A stretch of DNA of 64,000 nucleotides from the human T2T-CHM13v2.0 reference genome, Homo sapiens. Shown here in pieces: positions 45,455 through 56,939 of this stretch (position 1 is the stretch's first letter; each line of letters opens with the position of its first letter). The position numbers and the translations under genes were made by a program. Below the pieces are notes generated by a model, which saw only the letters and a program-made list of their open reading frames with translations, searched no databases and had not been told where the DNA came from. Where the stretch lies: NCBI RefSeq assembly GCF_009914755.1, contig NC_060942.1. One strand, given 5' to 3'.

Positions 45455-45660
45455 ACAGCCAGTATGCTGTAAATGGACAAAACCCTGGAATCTAGAACTT
45501 GTTGGCCTGGATTTAAGCTTCAACTCTGCCACCGTTAGGTGTACGACCTCGGGCACAATACAAAGACTCTCTGTGTGTTGGTTTCCTTATCAGTATCTTG
45601 GGGGTAATAAAGATATCTACCTCGTTAAATGAAGTAGTACCTTAAAAACACTTAGAATAA
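45455..45660 (+). mobile_element. MIR
   Basis: ctctgccac...gacctcgggca...ctctctgtgtg...tttccttatc...taaaaacacttagaa. Confidence 0.75.
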
Positions 45661-47329
45661 GATGAGAGAGAGAGATTTAGAACAGATTTGTTGGGTATAT
45701 TCATTAAAAACTGAAAAAACCAACGTCCTCCTATTACGAATGTTTTCTTCTTTCGAGCTGCAGCGCAACTCCATGAGGACCACGTAAAAGCAGCTACAGC
45801 TTTGCAAGGTGTGAATGGGAGCTGAGCTCAGCAACCAGTCTCACCTGAGCACCGACCTCTCGCCCTGGCCCCTGACTCCACCTCCAAGTGTTTCTCATCA
45901 TTCCTTTTTCAGCCAGGACACAGATAATTAATTTAAGATTTTATTTGGGGTTTATTACATAGAACTCAACTTAGAGAGACTCAGTAGATGCTACTAGTGT
46001 AATAGATGCTGCTAGCAAATAAAGTTTGCTCCTTGTTATTTACTTGATATTTGGGTTGACAACACAAGCATGAGGAAAACTTAGAATTTTCTCAGTTCAC
46101 ACATTTTCCTAGTATGCCCTTTTGTACAAATTTCCTTCTCTGGTCTTTGTGCAAAAAGGTACATAAAGTAACAAGCCTGGCTGTAGATAATATGTTATAA
46201 AAAAGAGAGAGATTTTTGCTGTTGAAAACAGTATTAGTGGGACAACTTAATTTAATAGTGTTTGATAATGAATATACTATGAATATATACACTGTATGGT
46301 ATATCAACCTTTTATTTTTACAATTAGTAAAACTTAAAATATTTTTAAATTATTGGTGAAATCTCTCTATATAAACTGAATATGTCAAGTGTTAACATGT
46401 ATGTTTTATATAGAGTTGAAAATAGATAATCATTTCTACAAAGCAAGCTTCCAGAATAACATAGAGGTCATCTGGGATAAGAAAAATGTTTCTGAAAACT
46501 GAGGTGTCAGTTTTAGCTGGACAATTGCCTACAACTTGTCTGAGACCTAAGATTGGCTCAGATATGCGAAGGCTAGATGGTAAAAACATACTCATCAGAG
46601 AACATATGGGAATGTGACCTTAATTTTTATTTTTAAAAAGCACGAGGACAGGGGAAAGCAGATAGGGATGTCAAGGCTGCAGCTTTTCATCTTGCATTTT
46701 CAGAGGTGACAATCTGCTTGTAATTTAATTTTTATTTCTTCGTATAAAATTACAACTACGGTCATCAGATCTTAGATATTAACAACATGTTTGAGAAGCT
46801 ATCTGTTAGTGCTATTAGTATATTTATTTTGTTTCTTCTATGTAGTTCTAAAATAATATGGGAATATATTTTTCTTTATTACTTACAAAATGAGATAAAC
46901 CAACTCCTCTTTTTCAACAGGATTTCTCCTGAAATATCTATACCTAGGGAACATTGTCACAAAAAGGTTGGTTACTACTTAACTTTCCAGCATTTTTTTC
47001 CCAAAATAAATGCCATAGAATGATTAATTTTCATCGGAGCACCTCATACATAATGTATAAGTTGAGCAATTAATTTCTTCCTTTGGTATTAGAAAATTAC
47101 CCTGGGAGGGTCAGGGTGAGGAGGCAGTAAGTAACAGGAAGATAATTATTGCCCTGATTTCATTCCCTTTCTTCTCTCTTCTTCTCCATATTAATTCTCG
47201 TACTTCAGTAAAAGGGATAGGTCTATAAACCTTCCTAAAGGTAAAATTAATAATATAATGATTCCTATTTTGACAATAATAACAACTGGTAAAAATGTCA
47301 AGTGTTTGCTGCACGTTTGGAAATATTCT

Positions 47330-47470
47330 ACATTCTTTAATATTATTTCAGTTAGTTCCCACAACAATCCTATGACTTACGTATTCTTAATACCTCCGTT
47401 GTACAGGTGAAGGTATCAAGAGAAAAAATACTAAATAACTTACTCAAGGTTACACTGCAAAGTATGTTAG
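47330..47470 (-). mobile_element. MIR
   Basis: cccacaacaatcctatga...tacaggtgaagg...taaataacttactcaaggttacac. Confidence 0.7.
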
Positions 47471-49089
47471 CAACAAAAAGTTAAAGTGAACTTCATAGAC
47501 CACTTATTTTCACTAGCATACCAACTAGGTAATCTTATGGAAATGTTAACATTACCACGTGTGAATACTATCCACCAACTTTTCTCCCTTTTATAGATAA
47601 AACATTGTATTGATCTCAACCTCTATATAATCATAAAAATATTGTAGTTTTCCTGCCCAGCCTTATTTGTAGCTGAGATAAATCACTTAGCACTGTGGAA
47701 GTCAATAGAACGTATATTATAAATATTAAAATGAATAAATACAAAGGAACTGCTTGAAATAAAGCTGTGTAAACTATTTTAATATGCTCTAAGATGTTGT
47801 AAGGACACTATAAATTATATTTTCTTTGTATAGTTAGCTTATGGTTTATATTAAAAAAGTGAATTTCAAATTAGTATTTAAACTATATGAAATGCCAAAT
47901 TGATTTATTATGTTTCCAGCCTATTACTATGTAATTTGGTGGGAATTATCATGAAAATGAATTCTTTTATTCAGTTTGGGACATTTTTTCTGATGCTTAC
48001 CTTGGCCAAATATCAGACAGTTTCCACAGCTTCTTGTCACTTTCAAATATCTTTTAAAATCTATGCTATTTACTAGAAGACCTTAACCTCACATCCAGTA
48101 TAAAATCTAACTCCTATCCTCTCCCAGAGGAGCAGACCTCTGCTGCTTCTGATCCTCTGAGGTCTGGGTAGGAAGGAAGATATGAGAAAAAGGGGGCACA
48201 ATAAACATGTTGGTGCCATCCTGACCTCACAGCCAGTGACCTCTGTGACCACAGGCATCTGAAGGCTGGTCCTCTGTCATGGGGCACATGCATGGACGAT
48301 TCAGAGACACATCTCAAGGACGTGAGATCTCTATTGTTCCTTGACCTATGTAATGTATTTTTGGATGACTGTCTTAAGCTCCCTCTCACCTCCATCTGTG
48401 CAAAATTTCTACAGCTGCAGTCCCTTAAGCTATGTAAAACTCATTCAGCTTCACCCTGTCAAAAGCTAGGAATGGCAGTTCCCAGTTACTACCCTCTCCC
48501 GTTCCTGCTATTTCAGGTGGATCGGCCAGTCATCTTCAGAGCTCTCTAGGAAAAAAGGGCAGCACAAATTTCTAATAGGTCTCAAGGAACTACTTGCAAT
48601 TGGATGCTAGTCCTTCTTTCAGGAAATCACAATTTCCATATAGACAGACAGATCTGAATATGTAAAAAGTCACATATTCCTTTCCTCCATTTATCTGTCT
48701 ACTTAATCTCCCTGTCTTTCTTTTACTATCAAATACCATAGACTATAAAAAATCTTGAAGCCACCTTGTAGGTTTTTTGTAGCCCTGAGAGCTGTGTAAT
48801 GCATCTGTTACCAAGTTGTATTTTAAAATGTGAAGTAGGATTCTTATGCATGGCACATGATTTCATATTTCTTACACTTTGTGAAAATGTTTTCATATAA
48901 GACTTTCTACAGCCATCATTTAATAACCTGTTTTGATTGAACAGTATAACTTCATCAACTATCTTTCCTCCAGATACATCAATGAGTTCAAGCAAGATAA
49001 ATGCCAAAGTTATGTAATTTTTAGAAAGATTCTGAAAAATCTTTACCGTATCCACTAACTACTCAGTACTAACCCATTTTGAAAAATAC

Positions 49090-49095
49090 TTTAAT
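49090..49095 (-). terminator. Candidate distal polyadenylation signal ATTAAA
   Basis: tttaat on the plus strand; position fits a long terminal exon (inference). Confidence 0.45.
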
Positions 49096-49169
49096 TCCAT
49101 ATTAATATTCTATAAAAATAGTCAATGGAAACCAAAAGAATTTCTACAAGTCACTAAGTAAAATAGATT

Positions 49170-49860
49170 GGATTCATTACTACATTAATTCCAGAAATAT
49201 TTATTGGTCACTTTCTGTGTGCTAGAAACATTTTTTATACGATGATAAATGAACAAGACTGACAATTTCTTGCCCATTAAGGGTTACATTCTAATAAGCG
49301 ATAAAGACAACAATAATACCAGGGAGCTGAGTAATCTAATACAAAGCAAGACAAAGCCAGGGTCACTGGAAGCAGCAGTGGTCTTTCTGAGGAAGTTGCA
49401 GCTGATCACCAACCTGAATGAAGTGATGTAATGGAAAATAGAAGTGTTTGAAGGAAGATTGCTTTAGTAACTGAGGAGGAGAGAGGAAAGAGGAGAAACT
49501 GCACAAGTGGGTAGAGATGGGAAAGTCCATGGCCTATGGGGAAGGTGAGGAAGTTGACTTTTATTTTCAATGTGCCGTGAGGCTGTTGAGATCACTCAGA
49601 ATTGGAAAAGAAACAGACCATGTGTTCCAATAGAATACCATTAGCTGTTGTTATAATAATTCACTGTTATTTATTGAGCAGTTATATTTTGTCAGGCACT
49701 ATTGGTGCTGCTGGTTTTACATATCTTATTATTAATTCTTCATAACAACCATGTGAAATAGGTTGATTGGACATCATTTTACAAAGTGAGATCTGGAAAG
49801 ATTAAGCAGTTTAACAAATATTATATGTTCGCTTAATTGAAAGTAACTAATTCAAACAAA
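49170..49860 (-). mobile_element. L2 3' end followed by MIR, within the distal 3' UTR
   Basis: aaatatttattggtcactttctgtgtgctag (L2 tail); ttattgagcagttata...cataacaaccatgtgaaatagg (MIR). Confidence 0.65.
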
Positions 49861-50440
49861 GATCTGTTAGGCTCAAGCACATGCACTGAGGGAACAACTA
49901 GCAGTTCGCTAGTCCTAATTTTCTTATTTTTACCATTAAAAATTTGAAGCTTACATACAAAGCTGTGAGTCAACTAAGGGAGATATTTAAGTACTGTGGG
50001 TATTAATGTGAAGCTGTGCTATTTTCATAAATATTTTGCATTAATTTAGAGTTTATTAAAATTTACAAAAATAAATTCTTAATGTAATGCCTTTTTAGTT
50101 CAAGAGCTGTGTTCTTGCAACACCCATGTGATGCAAAACATAAAATAATTATTGAATATAATACAAAGTATAATTCCTAGGAAGTTGCACCTTCTGTATT
50201 AGAATCAGATAGTATCTTTTGATGTGGTTAAAAGGAACATATTTTAGACTACCAAAGAGATGAGCAATCGTGTCTGTGCTTTCCCTGTGTATCCTATGAT
50301 TGACAATCTTATAATCAACTCAACCAGAATCTATTTTAATATATCTCTTTAGTGCCACTGGACACAAGTATTAAAACTATTTGTACAGGTATTCCATTAA
50401 TGTGCATTTTAATGAGTTGTTTATCCAAATGTATTCATTG

Positions 50441-50855
50441 TTTATAAGGCTTTTATTCATACAAAATTTCCGTCATCTCCAGAAAGCCTTATTTACTTTT
50501 TCTCGTCTATTTTCCATGAATTCTTCCATCTGTTGTTTATCATACTTTTTAGTTTTCTACTAAGATTACCTAGCATTCTTTTTAAATAAAGGAAACAACA
50601 CTTCATGGAATAATTCATGAAAATTTCTCTGACTATACATTTTCAATTTTCATGTCAATGTGATAGAAATGTAAATGTTCTCTCGATTTGTGCATTTCTA
50701 TTTGACTTGCAAATTTTTGCTCCTTTAAATTTTCTCTTGTTTGGTATTTTTCCTCTTTCCTAATAATGGTATCATTGCGTTAAGGATTGACTACATCTTA
50801 TGTCCTCTCATCCACTTTTAATATCTTCCTAAATTATTTCACTTCAAATCTGGTT
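50441..50855. repeat. 3' UTR direct repeat, copy A
   Basis: Aligns end to end with 52148-52580 (tttataaggcttttattcatacaaaa ... acttcaaatctggtt), about 90% identical by eye. Confidence 0.96.
50452..50457 (-). terminator. Duplicated polyadenylation signal AATAAA in the distal repeat copy
   Basis: Same TGTAtgAATAAA context as 52159-52164, in the paralogous copy. Confidence 0.4.
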
Positions 50856-52147
50856 TTCTCAAGCTTTTGTGAAATGATAATATTTGTGTCACCAATTTAA
50901 TGGTGCCTGTTTCAGATTGATGAAAAACTTTCTTTATTATGTGATATAGATGTTTAAATTTCAAAGTACCAATAAAATATATTATAACCATTTAACTACT
51001 TCATCAATATTTCAAAATTACTCAAATTATTTGATTTAACATATATGGCCAGTTTGGTTCAGCTTAGTCTCACATGCTATTAATAAAAAAATGATCATAT
51101 GAACCAATTTTAAGAATTTTGTATTCACTACTTTCTTCCTGTTCAAACTATAAATTTTGAAGTCTACCTTGATTTGGATAGAATAATAAAGATCATTCTT
51201 AAAAGGTCGATTAAAATTAAAGTGTTTTATTATCTTGTTATCTAATGTTACTGTAAAGTTTTATGCCCAACAGCTTAGCATTGATTTCCTTCTTAAGGCT
51301 ACAATAAATGTATCTATTGCACCTAATTTTATATTCAATAATAAAAAAATGACACTGAAGCATCAGTCATATTCCAAGCTCTTAACAGAAAAGCAAATAC
51401 TGAGAATTGTATCATGTTTTATCCCATGAATGGTAAGTCAGTTCAGTTGATCATAATATTTACAGTGAATAGTAACTGAAGTTTGAATCCAGTATTCCTT
51501 TAAGTTGTCTAAATAATTTTTAGTAGAGGTAAAAATTTACTTAAATTTTTCCACACTTTCCACCAGTTTCATAAAGTTTGCATTTAATTATGAGTAAATA
51601 TTGACTTGTATTTTGCTATTGTATTTTGACATAAGAATGTGTTTTGAGTTGCATATGAAAAAAAATCTATGACAAACACCTAAATATATTTTCCTTTTTA
51701 ATACAAAGTTGTAATATCAAAAATAATACAAATTTATACTATATAACTCTGATTAATTTGTATACACCAAGTATCTGTTCAAATTTGAAATCAGTTTTAA
51801 AGAGTGCTCTTGGCAAAGTTTTAAAATATCAAACTAGAATGAATCATGGCATCTTAGTCAGAAATCTGCTTTCCATATAAGGTAAATGTTTTTAAACATT
51901 TATGTAATCACCCACATTATCCTAGGTGTTAAAGTTTTAAAGTTTATCTCTATATAGTATCAGGAACTTAACCACAAAAACATTTTATTCTTACAGTGTG
52001 AAAGATGAAAATTGAGTAAATAAAATAACACTAAGATATCTTAATTCAGTGCCTTTCTCACATTAACCATTTAAAAAGGTTGAGCGTTTGCATTAGATGA
52101 CATTGAAAAATAGTAGAGGAATATTTTAGTCATATGCCAGAGCTGGT

Positions 52148-52580
52148 TTTATAAGGCTTTTATTCATACAAAAGTTCTGTGATCCCCAGAAAGCCTTATT
52201 TACATTTTCTCGTCTATTTTCCATGGATTCCTCCAACTGTTGTTTATCATACTTTCTAGTTTTCTACTAAGATTACCTAGCATTCTTTTTTTTTTTTTTT
52301 TTTTTTAAATAAAGGAAACAATACTTCATGGAATAATTCATGAAAATTTCTCTGACTATACATTTTCAATTTTCATGTCAATATGATAGAAATGTAAATG
52401 TTATCTCGATTTGTACATTTCTATTTGACTTGCAAATTTTTGCTCCTTTAAATTTTCTCGTTTGGTATTTTTACTCTTTCCTAAGTAAATAATGATATAA
52501 TCGCATAAGGATCGACTACATCTTGTGTCCTCTCATCTACTTTTAATATCTTCCTAAATTATTTTACTTCAAATCTGGTT
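52148..52580. repeat. 3' UTR direct repeat, copy B
   Basis: Aligns with 50441-50855 and has T21 (52286-52306) where copy A has T5. Confidence 0.96.
52159..52164 (-). terminator. Proximal polyadenylation signal AATAAA
   Basis: Minus strand reads ttTGTAtgAATAAAagcc, with a UGUA (CFIm) motif just upstream, about 640 nt after the stop. Confidence 0.65.
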
Positions 52581-52805
52581 GTATTGATGCCTGTGAGCTG
52601 ATTGTTTACATTTCTCCCCACATCTCTGTTCAATGACAGCATGTAGGTAGCTTAAAATAACCATGGAGTATTTACTCCAGGGAAATCAGAAAACTCCATA
52701 GACTAGGGCTTTCCCCGCCATAGAGCCAGGGCACAAAACTCTTTAAGACTACCATTGGGTTCGAATACACATTAGCACTTTTAAAAATTTTGATGGTAAA
52801 AAGCC

Positions 52806-53296
52806 CTAATTATTTGACTGCACTGCAGAACCAAACATGCATGCTAATCTTTTAAAGCGAGGTCCCAACTCATTAAGGTAATCATAGCTTTCATCCTGAT
52901 CAGAGACTGCTGATTCTAAGGAGCTCAGGGATCCAGCTAATGACCCTGTTCCCTCAAAAGCGTAGGTCTGGAGGGAATCAAAAGGAGGGGCACACGGATC
53001 AGTATTAGCTTCTTCGAGCTTTTCCAGAATGAATTTCCTGAATATGGCACTGTCGGGGCCAACTTGCAAAGACTGCCTGTATAGGCTCCTGATCTCAGCG
53101 CTTGTGGTTTTCCGAGTCTTGCGTTCCCGCATTATGGTACTACTCCTCAGCTCTGCTATATCAAAGGCCTCTGTATCTTCTTCTCCACCCCCTTCATCAT
53201 CATATTGGAATATATTCTCTCTGAAATCTTCACTTTTCTCAGGAAATAGAATCTGTTTTCTCCGTTGTTTTAAACCCAAAGTCAAAAAAATAAACC
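52806..53296 (-). CDS. CDH19: Cadherin-19 last coding exon: end of transmembrane helix and cytoplasmic domain
   Basis: Acceptor ttcttcatcAG|GG at 53298-53297. Phase-1 entry (G|GG) reads FIFLTLGLKQRRK...YDDEGGGEED (p120 core)...PPFDSLQTYAFEGTGSLAGSLSSL...GPRFKRLACMFGSAVQSNN, with TAG at 52808-52806. C-terminus matches human CDH19 as recalled. Confidence 0.97.
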
Positions 53297-53964
53297 CTGA
53301 TGAAGAAAGCACATCAGAATATCAATAAACAATAAAGAGTATTATAAACATTACAGTCTTTGCTCTCATTTCAAGCTCAAGATGAGTGCTTAAACTTTAT
53401 GATTATAAAACAAAAAGATACATTTGTTATTGAAAATTTGCCAAAGGGACTTGCAAAATTACAAAAGAATGTATCACGATTTTTCTGGCTGATGACTTAG
53501 AGTCAAAGAAAACCATAAAAATATAGTGAACTATATTTATTAATATATATATTAATATATATATAATATAATATATATAGTGAACTATATATATTAGATG
53601 ATGAACAATTTAACATTCAAAATCTGTTTTTCTCAAATATTAAAATAGAATAAAGTAGAATAAAACTTTGCAACCTGAATGCGTTTGTCAACTTTAGTAG
53701 CCAATGCTTCATATTAATAGTAGTTCAGAACAACAGAACAGTTTGATGTTCCCTATTGAAGCAAAATTCTGTGGCATAATTATTTTCTAAATTAATATGT
53801 ATTGACTATGAAGCATACATCAGGCATTCTTCTAAAAGCTTTATATTTATTGATTGATTTTATTCTTGTGAAAGTCATTATATTATTATATCCTATTATA
53901 GATGAGAAAACTGAAGCACACAGATGTTAAATGACATTGCTAGAAAGACACAGCTAGTTGAGAG

Positions 53965-54470
53965 ATACAATGGAATACTGTTCAGTCACCAACAGTGAAG
54001 TCATTTACAGCAACATAGATGAACCTGCTGGACATCATGTTAAGTAAAATAAGCTAGGCACAGAAAGAAAAGCACTGCATGATCTCACTTATACATGGAA
54101 TCTAAAAAAGTTGATTTCATAGAAGTAGAGAATACAATGATAGGTACCAAGATTTGGAGAGTAGTCAGGGGAGTGGGGCTGAAGAGAGGTTATTCAATTG
54201 GTGCAAAGTTACAGTGGGACAGGAGGAATAAGTTCTGGTGTTCTATTATACCGTAGGGTGATTGTAGCTAATAATTTATTTCAAAATAGGTAGAAGAGAT
54301 AAATTGGAATGTTATCACCACAAAGAAAGGCTACATGTTTTCAGTCACAAATATGCTAATTATGCTGACTTGAGCATTATACACTATATACAGGTATTGA
54401 AACAACACACTGTACCCCATAAATATGTCCAATTTGTATCAATTATAAATACAATAAAATAAAAAAAGAC
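53965..54470 (+). mobile_element. L1MA 3' end inserted in a MIR (MIR at about 53790-53960, minus), last CDH19 intron
   Basis: atacaatggaatact...gcatgatctcacttata...ctgtaccccataaatatg...A-rich tail. Confidence 0.88.
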
Positions 54471-54656
54471 AAAAGTAGAAAGTTGGTTCAGAGCCTGTTT
54501 TCTGTGACACCACATAAATTTCAGAAATTTCAAACTATCATGCATTTGAATCATAACACATTTGTCTAGAATTATTATTTATTACATAAGATAATTTTAA
54601 CATCATGTAGAAACAGAAAAAATTCAGAACACTTTTGCTTTAATTTTAAATAAAAA

Positions 54657-54685
54657 TGTGTGTGTGTGTCTGTGTGTGTGTGTGT
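54657..54685. repeat. (TG)n microsatellite, interrupted
   Basis: Direct inspection. Confidence 0.9.
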
Positions 54686-55770
54686 CTTTGCGTGTGGGTA
54701 TCAAGGATAACCAAGAGCCAACCTAGGATCTTATGTAGCTGTTCAGAATTTCACATGTAGGATTTGAAACACACATGAAGTAATGTTATGAATAGTATCA
54801 CAAAGAGAAATATGTTGGTTATATAGTATTTATATAAAACTTGCATTTAAAATATCTAAATTAAATAAGGTCACCATATTTGCATTCATGTATTGCACTT
54901 TAGAACTCATATGATATATATGGTTGAAATAGAAAGGAGTCTAATAAATACTTTTCTGATCTGAATTGGAGATAAACATTTATAAAACATTCAAAGGAAA
55001 TCACTATTGTAATAGTTGACCCGTAACTCCCACCTGCTAAATTTTACTCACATTTGTAATTACAAAGCTGCCCCTTGTTTGTTTGTAGATTTTCAGGGCT
55101 TGGTTTAAGTCTGTATCTATAGGTAGCTCAGTATTTTAGTCCCCCAAAATTATGCTTTTACTATTTATCTTTGCTTCTGGATCTAGCTATGTAGCTATGA
55201 ATTCAGCTTCATAATCAAAGATCATTAAAAATAATTTTAAAAACTGAAGCTAGGTCCTAAACAATTGTAATGGTAGGTGTAAATGAGGAATGGATTGGTT
55301 TTGAAACCTTGAGAAAGATAAGTTAAGTGAAGACAAGGCAGGTCCTGAAACATATCTCATGCCAGTTTGAGTGGTCAGTTTGACATTTCAGAAACTAATA
55401 CATTTGCTCTCACTCTTCAATGTAGTTTCATTGGCTTTTGGTTTGAAGTTTTGAGGGAGGCAAGAGCAGAGTTTAGACTATATATTTTGGCATTAAAAAA
55501 AGGAAAAGGTTATGCTAGATGAATATTTTATAGTCCTGAAAGCCTGATTAAGACCTTTTGGTGTTCAGCTGCCTCATTTGTGAAATGAATATAAATTATC
55601 TGCTTATAAAAACAGTGATAGCAATAGAAAAAAACAAGCAAACAAAAACTAATAGCGCTCTTTTACTGGGATTTCTTTCTCTTCTGTACTTGGATTTAAA
55701 AAAGACGTTCTCTTATACATTCCTCATTTCTAACATTTACTGTCCTTTTTATTCACAAAAGACTTTTGGA

Positions 55771-56390
55771 TTATTTTTAGTTTTAATTGACAAAAACATA
55801 TACATTTATGGTATGCAATGTGATGTCTGATATATGTATACATTGTGGAATGATTAAATCAATTTAATTAATATATTCATCACCTTAAATACTTATAAAT
55901 AAAAGTGGTATGTTGAAGAGATAGCCACACTTCCATGTTCATTACAGCATTATTCATGATAGCCAAGATATGGAATTGATGGAAGCTAAGTTTCCATCAG
56001 TGAATTAATGGATAAGGAAAATGTGGTATACAGACAGAACGAATGCTATTTAGCTTTAAATAAGAAAGAAGTTCTGTCACTTGCCACAACATAGATAAAA
56101 CTAGATAACATTATACTAAATGAAAGAAGCCAGCCACAGAAAGACAAACACTGCATGATCTCACTTTGACAAATCTAAAACAAGTAAATAAGTAACTCAC
56201 ATAAGTAGAGAGTAGAATGGTAGTAGCAGGATAGCAGGTGAGAGAATGAAGAGACATTGGTCAAAAGACACAAAGTTTCAGTTAGACATTAGGAATAAAT
56301 TCAAGAGATCTATTTTACCACATGGTAACTATAGTTAATAATAAGGTATTTTATACTCGAAAATTGCTAAGAGAGTAGATTTTACTGCGC
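55771..56390 (-). mobile_element. 5'-inverted L1MA 3' end (terminus on minus 55771-55896; adjacent segment on plus 55897-56390)
   Basis: ttttaattgacaaaa...tatacattgtggaatgattaaatc...catcacct (antisense terminus), then a sense segment ending aaattgctaagagagtagatttt. Confidence 0.82.
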
Positions 56391-56429
56391 TGTTTTTTTT
56401 TTTAAATGCACCTTGGGCTCTAGTCAGTT

Positions 56430-56680
56430 GCAGTACAGTGTTGTATAACAATGTGTTGTGGTCATGGAATCTTAGCACATCATTTTCTAGCTGTGTGACC
56501 CTTCATAAAGCACAAAGCTTTTTGAGTTTCTATTCCTTCATCTGGAAAATGTAGGTGATATTAGTTACTACTTAATAAGGTTATTGTGAGGTTTGGATTG
56601 CATAGTGCATATAAAACACTGAAGATTGTCTCCTGGAGTATAATAAGCACTCGAGAGAAGCTCGCCATTATTATCACTAA
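56430..56680 (+). mobile_element. MIR
   Basis: tagctgtgtgacc...ccttcatctggaaaatg...ggttattgtgagg...taataagcactc. Confidence 0.75.
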
Positions 56681-56939
56681 TTTTTACATGTTTTATACTG
56701 TTACATTGTATATGTGTCAAGAACATGCATAAACAGATGTGTACATACACACTCACATACTCATACAATTCAAAGATCATGTTTTTATCCACTTATTTAC
56801 TCCACTTGATTTAAGAATTATACTACATTCAGAGGAGCAATAAACGTACACACAGACCCACATTATAATGCTATAATAGAATTAACTATGTATTTATCAT
56901 GTTATTTTAAATAAATGAGTATATGTTCAGTTCAGCACC

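Larger units (their letters stand above)
49075..52805 (-). other. CDH19: CDH19 3' UTR (long form; distal end approximate)
   Basis: Follows the stop codon. Several minus-strand poly(A) hexamers (52159-52164, 51984-51989, 50452-50457, 49200-49205, ATTAAA 49090-49095). The distal end is inferred from the ATTAAA and a recalled ~4 kb terminal exon. Confidence 0.6.

Noticed and set aside
45720-45900. GC-richer patch with several CpGs
   Set aside because: Too short for a CpG island and no supportable regulatory call from sequence alone.
53297-53312. ORF-track N-termini MLSSS and MKKLCTWIFVL (57248-57281)
   Set aside because: Intronic sequence upstream of AG acceptors, not real start codons.
53029-53328. 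99-aa plus-strand ORF
   Set aside because: Antisense shadow of the CDH19 last exon; no independent gene signals.
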